Source: Candidatus Acidiferrales bacterium (GTDB taxonomy: Bacteria > Acidobacteriota > Terriglobia > Acidiferrales > UBA7541). From it: 64,000 bases of DNA. The stretch lies in NCBI GenBank assembly GCA_030037335.1, contig JASHRN010000234.1, positions 19,371 to 83,370 of the forward strand, read 5' to 3'. The notes under the pieces are model-generated. The model was not told the origin of the DNA and did not search any database. It worked only from the letters and a program-made list of their open reading frames with translations. Position 1 is the first letter of the stretch, and each line of letters opens with the position of its first letter. Positions 27,663-38,182 of the stretch are shown here, piece by piece. The translations under genes were made by a program, and so were the position numbers.

Positions 27663-28712
27663 ATGATCCTTCGATTCACAGCGTTGGCCGACGATTCCTC
27701 CGAAAATCTTAGGGCCAAAACCCTCGCCATTTATGGAATCTTGTTCGCGTTCAATCTTGGCGCCTGGGGCTGGGCTGCAATGGCCTTCCGGCATTCTCCG
27801 CTGCTTTTGGGAACGGCGCTGCTAGCCTATAGTTTTGGTTTGCGTCACGCGGTCGATGCCGATCACATCGCAGCCATTGACAACGTAACCCGCAAATTCA
27901 TGCAGGAAGGCAAGCGCCCCGTCGCAGTCGGCCTGATGTTTTCGCTCGGGCACTCCACCATTGTCGTAGTGGGAGCTGCCGCGATCGCTGGAACGGCGCT
28001 GGCGATGCAGCACAGGCTCGACGGGCTCAGAGACATCGGCAATGTGTTCGGAACGCTCGTATCGGCCTTTTTTCTCTTTGCTATCGCCGTCGTCAACGTC
28101 ATCATCCTGCGCTCGGTGTATCAAGCGTTTCTCCGCGTGCGCAGAGGCCAGCCTTACACCGACGAGGATCTCGACCTTCTGCTGGGGAGTCGTGGGATGC
28201 TCTCCCGGTTTTTCCGTCCAATGTTTCGCATGATCAGCCGCAGTTGGCACATGTACCCGCTGGGCATTCTCTTTGGGCTCGGCTTCGATACCGCGACGGA
28301 GGTCGCGGTGCTGGGCATCTCAGCAGCGGAGGGTTCCAGGGGCCTGTCCTTCTGGATGATTCTCGTGTTCCCAATTCTCTTCGCGGCCGGAATGTGCCTG
28401 ATCGATACGACGGACAACATTTTGATGTTAGGCGCATACGGATGGGCTTTCGCCAAGCCAGTCCGCAAGCTGTATTACAACCTTACCATCACATCAGTTT
28501 CAGTAGCGGTCGCTCTTGTCGTCGGGGGAATTGAGAGCCTTGGACTGCTGGTTAGCCGCTTTCATTGGGAAGGCCGCTTCTGGCAGGCTGTGGCAGATCT
28601 CAATAGCAATTTCGGGTTGCTGGGGTTTTTCATCGTAGGACTATTCGCTTTAAGCTGGATCGTTTCGATTGCCATCTATAAATGGCGGGGATTTGACGAC
28701 CTTCCCGTCTGA
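27663..28712 (+). CDS. HoxN/HupN/NixA-family nickel/cobalt transporter (NiCoT)
   Basis: 349 aa, 8 TM segments. Signature RHAVDADHIAAIDN in TM2 and GLGFDTATEV. Confidence 0.85.
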   Translation: MILRFTALADDSSENLRAKTLAIYGILFAFNLGAWGWAAMAFRHSPLLLGTALLAYSFGLRHAVDADHIAAIDNVTRKFMQEGKRPVAVGLMFSLGHSTIVVVGAAAIAGTALAMQHRLDGLRDIGNVFGTLVSAFFLFAIAVVNVIILRSVYQAFLRVRRGQPYTDEDLDLLLGSRGMLSRFFRPMFRMISRSWHMYPLGILFGLGFDTATEVAVLGISAAEGSRGLSFWMILVFPILFAAGMCLIDTTDNILMLGAYGWAFAKPVRKLYYNLTITSVSVAVALVVGGIESLGLLVSRFHWEGRFWQAVADLNSNFGLLGFFIVGLFALSWIVSIAIYKWRGFDDLPV

Positions 28713-28750
28713 TCCCTGACGGTGCGTCAGCACCCCTGTATAATGCCGCG

Positions 28751-30415
28751 ATGGAAAATCGCTGGTTGAACGCGGCGAAGTGGTTGCTCGGCCCTGAATC
28801 CGGCGAGCGGGGTCATCTTGGCCCGCGATGGATTTTTCTGCGCGCGCTTGGCGTGATTTTCTTCTCCGCGTTTTACTCCCTCGTTTATCAGGCAACTGGA
28901 CTCATCGGCCCAAACGGAATCCTTCCTGCCGATAATTATCTAGATACGGTCGCCCACTACATGCACGGGCTGTCGAAATTCTGGTTCGCGCCTTCTGTGT
29001 TTTGGATCAGCTCGAGCGATCACGCGCTGCTCGTCGTTTGTTGGATTGGAATGATCGCTGCAGCACTGCTTTTTCTGAATATCTGTCCGCGTGGAATGAC
29101 CGCGATCTGCTTTCTGTGCTTTCTTTCCTTCATCGGGACGCTGCAGGATTTTGCCAGTTATCAGTCTGATGGCATGTTGTTGGAAGCTGGTTTTCTTTGC
29201 CTGTTTTTCGCACCGTGGGGATGGCGTCCGAACTGGGGAGCATTCTGCCCGCCTGCGCGCGCATGCACTTTCCTGCTGCTCTGGGAGTGGTTCCGCATTT
29301 ATTTTGAATCCGGCATGGTGAAAATGCTCAGCGGAGATCCGGAGTGGCGCCATTTCACCGCGATGTACGAGTACTATCAAAACGGGCCATTGCCCACGTG
29401 GATTGGATATTACGTGCAGCATGCGCCGCACTGGTTCCACTGGGCCACGGCGTTCGCGACCATCGTGATGGAACTCGGCATTGTGCTGATGCTTTTCCTG
29501 CCGCGCCGGTTCCGGCTGATCTGCTTTTTCATCGTCACTCCATGGGAAATCGGCGTGATTCTGACCGCGAATTACGCATTTTTGAACTATATCGTGCTTG
29601 CCCTCGGCTTCTTGCTGCTCGACGACCAATTCCTCGTGAAAATTGCGCCGAAAAAGTGGTTCCGCAAATACCACATCGTGGTTGCAATGCGAGCGGAGGA
29701 CACCCTAGAAGCGGAGCGAGGCGCTCCGGCAATAGAGGGCAAGAAAACAAGGAACGTGTTTTCCCGCGCGGTGGTTCCGGTTGGCATGACCATCGCAGGA
29801 ATATGTTTTGCGTGGATTTTCTATGCCACTTCGGCGGAGCTGCTCGGAATGATCGCTCCAGAATTTCCCTTGCCGCAAGCGCCTGTTCAGAAGCTAGAGC
29901 CTTTTCGCATCGCCAATCAATTTGGGCTATTCGCGGTAATGACGCGCGGCCGTTATGAGATTGAATTCCAGGGTTCGAACGACGGCGGCAAAACGTGGAC
30001 GGCTTATCCGTTTCGCAACAAGCCGCAGGCCGTCAACGAAGCGCCGGGAATCTACGCTCCCTACCAGCCGCGATTCGAATGGAATTTGTGGTTCGCTTCG
30101 CTGGGAGACTGGCGCCAATATCAGTTTGTCATCAGCGTGGAAGAAGAGCTGCTCGAGGGGAGCCATGAAGTACTTTCGCTTTTCGCGAGGAATCCGTTTC
30201 CGAATGGGCCGCCGCAGGAAATCCGCTGTGTGATCTGGCAGTATTGGTTCACAACCTTGGCTGAAAAACGCGCGACTGGAGATTGGTGGAGGCGCAAACT
30301 CCTCGGACTGTATGCGCCTACGCTGTTGCGGGAAGGGAATGACCGCTTCGGAGTGGTGCAAATGCCCGGGACGATCGAGCGCGAAGGCGATGCTGACGAG
30401 CCGAACTGGCCCTAG
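28751..30415 (+). CDS. Lipase maturation factor (LMF1)-family membrane protein
   Basis: 554 aa, polytopic N-terminal half. RWIFLRALGVIFFSAFYSL...GLIGPNGILPA and C-terminal WWRR pattern typical of the LMF family (recalled). Confidence 0.55.
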   Translation: MENRWLNAAKWLLGPESGERGHLGPRWIFLRALGVIFFSAFYSLVYQATGLIGPNGILPADNYLDTVAHYMHGLSKFWFAPSVFWISSSDHALLVVCWIGMIAAALLFLNICPRGMTAICFLCFLSFIGTLQDFASYQSDGMLLEAGFLCLFFAPWGWRPNWGAFCPPARACTFLLLWEWFRIYFESGMVKMLSGDPEWRHFTAMYEYYQNGPLPTWIGYYVQHAPHWFHWATAFATIVMELGIVLMLFLPRRFRLICFFIVTPWEIGVILTANYAFLNYIVLALGFLLLDDQFLVKIAPKKWFRKYHIVVAMRAEDTLEAERGAPAIEGKKTRNVFSRAVVPVGMTIAGICFAWIFYATSAELLGMIAPEFPLPQAPVQKLEPFRIANQFGLFAVMTRGRYEIEFQGSNDGGKTWTAYPFRNKPQAVNEAPGIYAPYQPRFEWNLWFASLGDWRQYQFVISVEEELLEGSHEVLSLFARNPFPNGPPQEIRCVIWQYWFTTLAEKRATGDWWRRKLLGLYAPTLLREGNDRFGVVQMPGTIEREGDADEPNWP

Positions 30416-30479
30416 GCTTGCTGAAACCGAGCCCGTGTATCATGGTGTCAGCAACGAAACCGGAGAAACGAGGCACGCT

Positions 30480-30857
30480 ATGGACTATTTGCTTAAGACA
30501 GAACCCTCAGAATATTCATTCGCTGACCTGCAGCGCGATAAAACAACGGAATGGGATGGGGTACACAATCCTGTCGCGCTGAAAAATCTTCGCGAAATGA
30601 AGCCCGGCGACCGGCTCATCATCTACGAAACTGGCGAACGCAAGAGCGCGGTCGGTAACGCCACCGTAGTTTCCGTCGACGCAAGCAACCCGAAAAATCC
30701 TCGAGTAAAGATCAAAGCCGGAGAATCGCTGAATCCAATCACGCTTGCTGAAATCAAATCCAACAAGATATTCGCGGATTCGCCGCTGGTCCGCCAGGGC
30801 CGTCTGAGCGTTGTTCCACTCACGACCGCACAGTACAAATTGCTGGCGGGCCGTTAG
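30480..30857 (+). CDS. EVE (PUA-like) domain protein
   Basis: 125 aa from ATG 30480 (RBS GGAGAAACGAGG). MDYLLKTEPSEYSFADL...WDGVHNPVALKNLREMKPGD. The ORF-track start 30312 overlaps the upstream gene. Confidence 0.75.
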   Translation: MDYLLKTEPSEYSFADLQRDKTTEWDGVHNPVALKNLREMKPGDRLIIYETGERKSAVGNATVVSVDASNPKNPRVKIKAGESLNPITLAEIKSNKIFADSPLVRQGRLSVVPLTTAQYKLLAGR

Positions 30858-30976
30858 CAAGCGCAACAAAACAGGAAATCCACCCGCTGGCGCGTGTCAA
30901 ACGTTCAACAGTTTGCTTTTATTTGTATGCATGCCGGCGTATTATGCACGCGCAAATTTAACTTCAGGGGTGATTC

Positions 30977-33133
30977 ATGCGGCGCGGGCAATATTTTAGC
31001 GGAATGCAAGGCGTGCTTATTGTAGCGGCGGCTTTTTTCCTTGCGATGACGGGAGCTGTGTACGCGGCACCGGGCGGCTTTACGCTCGAACAAGTCATGA
31101 GCTTTGCTTTTCCGGATGGCTTAACCGCGGCGAGCCACGTTGACCGCATTGCATGGACCTTCGACATCAAGGGCGTGCGCAACGTCTGGATCGCCGACGC
31201 GCCGGATTTTGATGCAAGGCAGGTTACTCACTATTCCGAAGATGATGGGCAGGCCATCGCAAGCGTCCGCCTGACGCCGGATGGCAAAACGGTCGTGTAT
31301 GCGCGCGGCAGCGAAACGAACTCTGTCGGCGAAGTCGCCGATCCCACGAGCGACGTGCAAAAACCCGAGCAGCAGGTCTGGGCCGTCGATGTCTCGAGCG
31401 GGCAACCGCGCTTGTTGGGAACGATGGATTGCGGCGAAGAGGACTGCGAGGACATCGAGATTTCGCCCGACGGCCAGTTCGCGGTTTGGCCCGCGCGCGA
31501 TGCGCTCTGGATTGCTCCTGTTTCCGGCGCGGTTGAAGCGCATCAGCTTTGCTACGTTCGGGGCGATAATTCCGATTCCCAGTGGTCTCCGGATGGGAAG
31601 CAGATTGCATTTTCGAGCAATCGCGGAGATCACAGCCTGATCGCCATCTATGACTTTGGCAAAAAATCCATTCACTATTTGCAGCCCAGCGTTGATCGCG
31701 ATGATCTGCCGCGCTGGTCTCCCGATGGAACGAAAATCGCTTATGTGAAGACGAACGGCGCGGAGCGCGGCTTGCCTGTTATTCCTGAGCGGCCGCAACC
31801 GTGGTCGATTTGGGTTGGCGATCCCGCTACGGGCGAGGCGCATCAGATTTGGCGCAGTGGCGATACGATGGACGATTCGATCCCCCGCTTGACCGAATCG
31901 GATTCCTTCCACTTTGCCGCAGATGATCGCATTACCTTTTCATCCGAAAAAGATGGCAGGAATCATCTCTATTCCATTTCCACCGATGGCGGCGATCCGA
32001 CGATTTTGACTCCGGGCGATTTCGACGTGAAAGACGTCACGCTCAGCTTCGATGGAAAGACGTTGGTCTATGACTCCAATGAAAATGATGTGGACCGGCG
32101 GCACATCTGGAGCGTCAGTGTTAGCGGAGGCTCTCCGCAACAGCTAACGAAGGGTGAAACGATCGAGTGGGCGCCGACAATTACTCAAGATGGCAGATAT
32201 TTCCTCTGTCTTGGGTCCAGCGGCACTTCGCCAGCGATGCCATATCGCATCACGTCGAGCGGACGCGAGATGATCGCGCGCGAAGAACTGCCGTCCGATT
32301 TCCCTTCCAGCCAACTGGTCACGCCCAAACAGGTGATTTTCGAAAGCGGTGACGGCCTTGAGATACACGGCCAGCTTTTTGTTCCGCGTGGGAGGACTGG
32401 CCCTGGCCCAGCTCTTGTTTACATGCACGGCGGGCCAATTCGCCAGATGATGCTCGGCTTTCATCCCATGGATTACTACCATTACGGATACGCTGAGAAT
32501 CAGTATCTCGTCAGCCAGGGTTTTGTCGTGCTTTCGGTCAACTATCGAACGGGCATCATGTATGGGCGCGCTTTCCGCGAGCCAGCAAACGCGGGCTGGC
32601 GCGGAGCTTCGGAATACCAGGATATTGTTGCCGGAGGGAAATATCTGCAGGGCCTGCCAATCGTTGATCCAAGCAAGATTGGGCTTTGGGGTGGTTCCTA
32701 TGGCGGTTTTCTAACGGCAATGGGACTCGCCCGCAATTCCGATATTTTCAAAGCAGGCGTCGACATGCATGGCGTACACGATTGGTCAGCCTTTCTTTCG
32801 AGTGGCCGGCGAGGAAGGGAGGGTGCAGGTGCGCCGGATATGGGCCAAGCAATCAAGCTGGCCTTCAGTTCATCGCCGGATGCATCCATTGACACATGGA
32901 AATCCCCGGTGCTGCTCATTCAGGGAGACGATGACCGCAACGTGCCTTTCGATCAAATGGTGGATTTGGTGCAGCGGTTGCGTGCCGATCACGTGCCGTT
33001 CGAACAGATCGTTTTCCCGGATGAAATTCACGGCTTTCTGATGTGGAAGACGTGGATTAAAGCCTATACGGCTACCGCAAATTTTTTTGAGCGCGTTCTC
33101 GTAAAGGGCGAAACGATTCCGCCCAGCCAGTAA
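30977..33133 (+). CDS. S9-family serine peptidase (beta-propeller plus prolyl-oligopeptidase catalytic domain)
   Basis: 718 aa. Signal peptide, TolB-like propeller repeats (SPDG...). Catalytic Ser in GGSYGG, Asp in GDDDRNVP, His in DEIHGF. Confidence 0.85.
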   Translation: MRRGQYFSGMQGVLIVAAAFFLAMTGAVYAAPGGFTLEQVMSFAFPDGLTAASHVDRIAWTFDIKGVRNVWIADAPDFDARQVTHYSEDDGQAIASVRLTPDGKTVVYARGSETNSVGEVADPTSDVQKPEQQVWAVDVSSGQPRLLGTMDCGEEDCEDIEISPDGQFAVWPARDALWIAPVSGAVEAHQLCYVRGDNSDSQWSPDGKQIAFSSNRGDHSLIAIYDFGKKSIHYLQPSVDRDDLPRWSPDGTKIAYVKTNGAERGLPVIPERPQPWSIWVGDPATGEAHQIWRSGDTMDDSIPRLTESDSFHFAADDRITFSSEKDGRNHLYSISTDGGDPTILTPGDFDVKDVTLSFDGKTLVYDSNENDVDRRHIWSVSVSGGSPQQLTKGETIEWAPTITQDGRYFLCLGSSGTSPAMPYRITSSGREMIAREELPSDFPSSQLVTPKQVIFESGDGLEIHGQLFVPRGRTGPGPALVYMHGGPIRQMMLGFHPMDYYHYGYAENQYLVSQGFVVLSVNYRTGIMYGRAFREPANAGWRGASEYQDIVAGGKYLQGLPIVDPSKIGLWGGSYGGFLTAMGLARNSDIFKAGVDMHGVHDWSAFLSSGRRGREGAGAPDMGQAIKLAFSSSPDASIDTWKSPVLLIQGDDDRNVPFDQMVDLVQRLRADHVPFEQIVFPDEIHGFLMWKTWIKAYTATANFFERVLVKGETIPPSQ

Positions 33134-33169
33134 TCTCTACGGAATCGTGGCGGAAAAGCCAAGCGTCGT

Positions 33170-34822
33170 CTAGCGCTGAGGGGCCTGCTCCGCTGCTTGG
33201 CGCTCCGCGACGATTTTCTTGGCATTGTCGTAGAGCGCTCTTGCCTGCGGGACGAGTTCTTCCGCCCGGATGACTTGCGGATCGTCATCGACCGAAATCT
33301 TATATCCGGCCGGAAGCCCAAACGTGTAGGTCAGCGCCTCGCGTTGGATGTGCTGCTTGATCCATATCGTGTTGTCGCTAATCTCCTGCTGGGTGTACTT
33401 GATGTCTTCGCGGTTCAAAAACGAAAGAAATTCCGACATTACCGCATCATTCACGGTGAAATCCTTTGTGATTGTCGGATGTGTTCCCATGAAATACCGC
33501 GTGAAATCGCCAATTCCAATATCGACAGGATACAGAACATTTCGCTCGAGCAGCAGCGTCTGGAACGGATCGAGCTTCTGAGCGGGGTCTTCCACATCGG
33601 GAGTGATGCCACCGCCACCGTAGACTTTTCGTCCGCTGTCGGTGAGCCTCACTTCGGGCTCTTTGTTCGGATGCCGGTTGAATTCGTAATCGTAAATGGA
33701 AACGTTCTTGTAGTCGCGCTGGATCAATCGGCCGCTCGGGGTGTAATAGCGGGCCGTCGTCAGCAGCAGAGCGGTGTCGTTATCTGTCGGATATTGCGTT
33801 TGAACCAATCCCTTTCCAAAGCTCCGCGAACCGACGATCAGCGCGCGGTCGTGGTCCTGCAACGCGCCAGACACAATCTCAGACGCCGATGCAGTGCCGC
33901 CATTGATCAGCACTACCAGCGGAATACTGTCTCCACCATTGCCCTTCAGCGCGTAGTAGCGCCGCTCAGGCGACTCACGGCCTTTATGCGAGACAACAAG
34001 TTGATCTTTCTGCAGGAACATGTCCGCCATTCCCACCGCCTGCATAAGCAAGCCGCCCGGATTTCCACGCAGGTCCAGAATTAGTCCATCCAGATGCGGG
34101 TAATCCAGCTTTGTCAAGGCATCGGCCAGATCGCTGTCGGTATTCTCGGAAGTGAAGGCCGTCACGTGCACATATCCGATACCCGGTTTAAGAATCGTCG
34201 CGAATTGCACGGCGGATTGAGGAATTTCGTCGCGCATCACATTGACTACGATCGGCTTTGGATTTCCCTCGCGATCGAGCGTTATAGTTACCACAGTGCC
34301 TTTGGCGCCTTTCAGCATGTCCGCTACCTGCAGTGATGACATGGAAGCCGTGCTCTTCCCATCCACTTTTGCAATCACGTCGCCCGGCTTGATGCCTGCC
34401 CTATCTGCGGGTGAGCCGGGAAATGGCGAAACCACTTCGACCTGATTTTCGTCGGGCCTAGGCACAATTGTCATTCCTACACCATAGTAATTCCCGCGCT
34501 GCTGCTCCATCTGCAGCGCCCATTCCTGCGGGTCGAAGAAGTTCGAGTGCGGATCCAGCACGTGCAGCATTCCAGGAATAGCGCCGTCGTACACAACCTT
34601 ATCGGTATCGATGGGCTCCGCGTAGTTTTGCTGAATAATGGAAAGCACTTGCGCAAATGTCTTTACGGAATCCTGCAAATCCGTTGTGCCGGCGGCTGTG
34701 GCTTTTAGCGACGGACCATAGAGTCCGCCCATGACCGCTGCAATTACCAGTATTGCAGACAGAAGAAAGGCCCCGCGCTTGGATGACTCCGGTCGGGTAC
34801 TATTACCCTGCTTCGTTTCCAT
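33170..34822 (-). CDS. ctpA: S41-family carboxy-terminal processing protease
   Basis: 550 aa. N-terminal anchor, PDZ (GSPADRAGIKPGDVI), catalytic region LINGGTASASEI...FGKG. Confidence 0.85.
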   Translation of the reverse strand: METKQGNSTRPESSKRGAFLLSAILVIAAVMGGLYGPSLKATAAGTTDLQDSVKTFAQVLSIIQQNYAEPIDTDKVVYDGAIPGMLHVLDPHSNFFDPQEWALQMEQQRGNYYGVGMTIVPRPDENQVEVVSPFPGSPADRAGIKPGDVIAKVDGKSTASMSSLQVADMLKGAKGTVVTITLDREGNPKPIVVNVMRDEIPQSAVQFATILKPGIGYVHVTAFTSENTDSDLADALTKLDYPHLDGLILDLRGNPGGLLMQAVGMADMFLQKDQLVVSHKGRESPERRYYALKGNGGDSIPLVVLINGGTASASEIVSGALQDHDRALIVGSRSFGKGLVQTQYPTDNDTALLLTTARYYTPSGRLIQRDYKNVSIYDYEFNRHPNKEPEVRLTDSGRKVYGGGGITPDVEDPAQKLDPFQTLLLERNVLYPVDIGIGDFTRYFMGTHPTITKDFTVNDAVMSEFLSFLNREDIKYTQQEISDNTIWIKQHIQREALTYTFGLPAGYKISVDDDPQVIRAEELVPQARALYDNAKKIVAERQAAEQAPQR

Positions 34823-34890
34823 AAGAAGCGACGCCCTAACCGCCTTTCGCGATAACTAAATGACAGTATAGCATACGTTTTTCCGGCGGT

Positions 34891-34919
34891 TTGACACGCT
34901 CCGCCACGTCTTCTATGAT
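34891..34919 (+). promoter_or_regulatory. Sigma-70-type promoter for tatA
   Basis: TTGACA (34891-34896), 17-nt spacer, TATGAT (34914-34919). Lies 29 nt upstream of ATG 34948. Confidence 0.6.
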
Positions 34920-34947
34920 GCCAAAGTAGGCTCTTGCGCGCGAAAAA

Positions 34948-35292
34948 ATGTTAAGCGTGCCCCATCTCATAATCATTTTTCTGGTTGCTTTGATTGTCTT
35001 TGGCCCGGAAAAGCTGCCGGAGCTTGCACGAAATTTTGGCAAGATCATGGCGGAGTTCAAGCGTGCCACGGGCGATCTGAAGGCCGGATTTGAAGAGCAC
35101 ATGCGCGATTTGGAGCGCGAGACGCGTCAGGCGGAATACAGAGCGCATCAAGTGCAGCCCTCAAACACCATCTTGCCGCCGCCTCATGTCACGGTAGATC
35201 CTCTGCCAGCGCCCGCCGATGCTATTCCTCACTCTGGCGAAGAGCCTGCCTACTCCGAAACAGCGTCCGAGAAACCCGCAAATGGTGACTAG
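34948..35292 (+). CDS. tatA: Twin-arginine translocase TatA/TatB-family protein
   Basis: 114 aa. N-terminal TM plus hinge FGPEKLPELAR and an amphipathic helix. Confidence 0.85.
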   Translation: MLSVPHLIIIFLVALIVFGPEKLPELARNFGKIMAEFKRATGDLKAGFEEHMRDLERETRQAEYRAHQVQPSNTILPPPHVTVDPLPAPADAIPHSGEEPAYSETASEKPANGD

Positions 35293-35344
35293 CCAGCCCG
35301 GATTGCCGGCCGTCCGCACAGAGGAAGAAGAGGATGGCGGCAAG

Positions 35345-36097
35345 ATGTCTCTCTTCGAGCATCTGGCTGACCTGCGAAAACGCCTGATTTACTCCGCCAT
35401 TGCCATCGGCGTGGGCTTTCTCATCGGATTCGCAGTTTCCAAGTCCGTCATCAACATCGTGATGCAACCGATGGTGCTCGCGCTAAAGGCAGCGCATTTT
35501 CCTCCTAAGCTGATTTACACCGCGCCTGCGGGCCCGATCAATTTGCTGATCGCTCTTGGATTTTATTTGGGCATCGTCATCGCCCTGCCGGTTGTGCTCT
35601 ACCAAATTTGGCTTTTCATTGCGCCCGGTTTGTACAAACACGAACGCAAGGCTGTCGCGTCTTTCATCTTGTCCTCGATTTTTCTCTTTCTCGCCGGAAT
35701 TGCTTTTGGCTACTTCCTTCTGCTTCCCTACGTCTTGAAGTTTCTGATTGGATTTGAAGGTTCGCTCCCGCTGCAGCCCATGATTGACATCAACGAGTAT
35801 TTCGATCTCATCCTGATTGTCATGGTGGGTCTCGGAGCGATTTTCGAGCTGCCAGTGCTGATTTTTGTTCTCTCGATGTTTGGGATCGTTACTCCGCAGT
35901 GGCTCTGGAAAAATATCCGCTACGCGATTCTGATCATCACCATTCTCGCGGCAATCGTCACGCCCACTCCGGACGCCACAACGATGCTCGTTTTCATGTC
36001 GCCGATGATAGGGTTGTACTTCCTGGGCATCGGTGTTTCGTATATGGTCGTGCGCAGCAAGCGCAAGCGCGAGATGGCTCGGGAAGGAGCCCACTAG
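35345..36097 (+). CDS. tatC: Twin-arginine translocase subunit TatC
   Basis: MSLFEHLADLRKRLIYS... and 6 TM segments. Alternative upstream start ATG 35282 overlaps tatA. The ORF-track start 35219 is unlikely. Confidence 0.85.
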   Translation: MSLFEHLADLRKRLIYSAIAIGVGFLIGFAVSKSVINIVMQPMVLALKAAHFPPKLIYTAPAGPINLLIALGFYLGIVIALPVVLYQIWLFIAPGLYKHERKAVASFILSSIFLFLAGIAFGYFLLLPYVLKFLIGFEGSLPLQPMIDINEYFDLILIVMVGLGAIFELPVLIFVLSMFGIVTPQWLWKNIRYAILIITILAAIVTPTPDATTMLVFMSPMIGLYFLGIGVSYMVVRSKRKREMAREGAH

Positions 36098-36098
36098 A

Positions 36099-37079
36099 AT
36101 GTCGAATCTTCGTGTTTGGATCATCTTGGCTGCGCTGGCGTGCGCTGCGGGCTGTGGAGGAAGCGGAACGCAGGCCACCGTTTCGGCGAACACCGCCACT
36201 GCTCCAGTTACTCTGGATGCGCAGGATCAAGCTCCGCCGCCTCAGCAAACCGGCGGATTCGACGGTTCGCGCGCTTATGACTTCACGGCCAAGCTCGTCA
36301 GCTTCGGCCCGCGCCCGTCCGGCTCAGACGCCATCAAACAAACGCAGAATTACATTTATTCCCAATTGCATGCCGATGGCTGCCAGATTGCCGAGGATAG
36401 CTTTAACGCTCAGACCCCTATCGGTGCCGTTCCCATGAAAAACATCATCGCCAAAGTTCCGGGAACAAAAAAAGGAATCATTCTTCTGCTGACTCATTAC
36501 GATACGGTTCGAACCGTTCCAAACTTCGTCGGGGCGGAAGACGGTGGCTCATCCACCGGATTGATGCTGGAGTTGGTGAGCCTTCTTTGCCGTGAAAAAC
36601 CGCAGCTTTCCATCTGGATGGCCTTTCTCGATGGCGAAGAAGCGATGGTCGACTGGAATACGAACAACGACCACACTTACGGCAGCCGCGAGCTCGTTGC
36701 AAGGCTCGAGCTCAGCGGCGAGCTGGAGAGTGTGAAGGCCGTGATCTTGGAGGACATGATCGGCCAAAAAGGCCTCACCATGAAGAAAGAAAGCAGCTCC
36801 ACGCCGTGGCTCGTTGACCTGATCTGGTCAACGGCCGCCAAACTCGGCTATCAAAATATCTTCGTTTCGCAGTCCACGAGCGTTTCCGATGACCATGACC
36901 CGTTCCTCGAACAGAAGGTTCCCGCCGTGGACCTGATCGATTTGGACGATTACATCTCAGAAGGCTACTGGCACACCCCGCAGGACACGATGGACAAAAT
37001 AAGCGCGAAGAATCTCGCAATCGTGGGTCACGTAACTCTGGCCAGCGTCGACGCCCTCGAAAAGAAATTCTCGCAGTGA
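36099..37079 (+). CDS. M28-family metallopeptidase lipoprotein (aminopeptidase/glutaminyl-cyclase-like)
   Basis: Start ATG 36099, 2 nt after the tatC stop. Lipoprotein signal MSNLRVWIILAALACAAGC. M28 metal ligands LLLTHYDT...FLDGEE. Confidence 0.65.
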   Translation: MSNLRVWIILAALACAAGCGGSGTQATVSANTATAPVTLDAQDQAPPPQQTGGFDGSRAYDFTAKLVSFGPRPSGSDAIKQTQNYIYSQLHADGCQIAEDSFNAQTPIGAVPMKNIIAKVPGTKKGIILLLTHYDTVRTVPNFVGAEDGGSSTGLMLELVSLLCREKPQLSIWMAFLDGEEAMVDWNTNNDHTYGSRELVARLELSGELESVKAVILEDMIGQKGLTMKKESSSTPWLVDLIWSTAAKLGYQNIFVSQSTSVSDDHDPFLEQKVPAVDLIDLDDYISEGYWHTPQDTMDKISAKNLAIVGHVTLASVDALEKKFSQ

Positions 37080-38182
37080 ATATCATTCAAGTAAAAACCG
37101 CATCGGGACGTTACGATGTGGTGTACGCTCGCGGCGCGCTCAGCCGCCTTGGCTCTGCGGTGAAGGGCCTGCACGATGCGGGGGGCCTCTTCGTATTGTC
37201 CTCGCCACGCGTTTGGAAATTCTGGGGCAGGGAAGTCGCGCGTAATCTGCGCAGTTTGCCGCACGACATAATTCTTTTCGACGACCGCGAATCCGCCAAG
37301 CGGCTTGCAACAGTCGAGACAATTTGCCGCAAACTTACCCGCGCTGGCGCTGATCGTCGCTCGCTCATTATCGCCGTAGGCGGAGGAGTCGTCGGCGACG
37401 TTGCCGGTTTCGTCGCGGCGAGCTATTTACGCGGAGTACGCATCCTGCATGTTCCGACCACGCTTGTCGCGCAAGTCGATAGCGCCATCGGCGGCAAAAC
37501 CGGAGTGGATCTGCCGGAAGGCAAGAACCTTGTTGGTGCGTTTTATCCACCAGAGATGGTCATCGCTGATCCCTCGACTTTGCACACCTTGCCCGCACGA
37601 CAGTTTCGTTCCGGCTTCTACGAAGTGATCAAATACGCCGTGATCGGCGATGCCGACCTTTTTGACTTTCTTGAGAGTGAAATGGACACGCTCTTGAAAT
37701 TGGATATGCGCGCATTGGAATGGGTGATTGCGCGCTGTGCGCGACAAAAAGCTCGTATTGTCAGCAAGGACGAACGCGAAAGCGGTTTACGCCAGATTTT
37801 GAATTTTGGGCATACAATCGGCCACGCTCTCGAAACTCTCACGGGCTATAAACGCTTTCTCCACGGCGAGGCAGTTGGCTGGGGCATGCTCGCGGCCACG
37901 GAAATCGCAGCTGCCACGAGCCGGCTCTCAGAGCGCGATGCAAACCGCATCGCGTCTCTCGTCGTGAGTTGCGGTGCGCTTCCTGCGTTCCCGCGCATCT
38001 CTTCGCACGCCCTTCTGAAAACCATTTCCCGCGATAAAAAATCGCGCAGTGGCCGTGTCGGATGGGTTCTGCCGCGAAAAATTGGCGCTGCGGAAATTGG
38101 CGCATCTGTGCCGGACAAAGTAATCTCGCGCGTTTGGCGCGACTTGCCGGGAACTTGCAACCGGGCGCGCAAGAGGAACTGA
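37076..38182 (+). CDS. aroB: 3-dehydroquinate synthase
   Basis: 368 aa. GGGVVGDVAGF nucleotide-binding motif, VDSAIGGKTG, HTIGHALE metal site. Confidence 0.9.
   Translation: MNIIQVKTASGRYDVVYARGALSRLGSAVKGLHDAGGLFVLSSPRVWKFWGREVARNLRSLPHDIILFDDRESAKRLATVETICRKLTRAGADRRSLIIAVGGGVVGDVAGFVAASYLRGVRILHVPTTLVAQVDSAIGGKTGVDLPEGKNLVGAFYPPEMVIADPSTLHTLPARQFRSGFYEVIKYAVIGDADLFDFLESEMDTLLKLDMRALEWVIARCARQKARIVSKDERESGLRQILNFGHTIGHALETLTGYKRFLHGEAVGWGMLAATEIAAATSRLSERDANRIASLVVSCGALPAFPRISSHALLKTISRDKKSRSGRVGWVLPRKIGAAEIGASVPDKVISRVWRDLPGTCNRARKRN

Noticed and set aside
33197-34084. Long ORFs antisense to, or in alternative frames of, confidently assigned genes. Examples: 33197..34084 +, 45141..46004 +, 45224..45805 +, 54358..55275 +, 62927..63946 +, 62242..63258 -, 18608..19351 -, 8599..9612 +, 11491..12357 -, 28940..29674 -.
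   Set aside because: Each fully overlaps a gene with clear family motifs on the other strand or frame. Their translations are Arg/Ala/Pro/Ser-rich low-complexity strings typical of spurious ORFs in GC-rich DNA.
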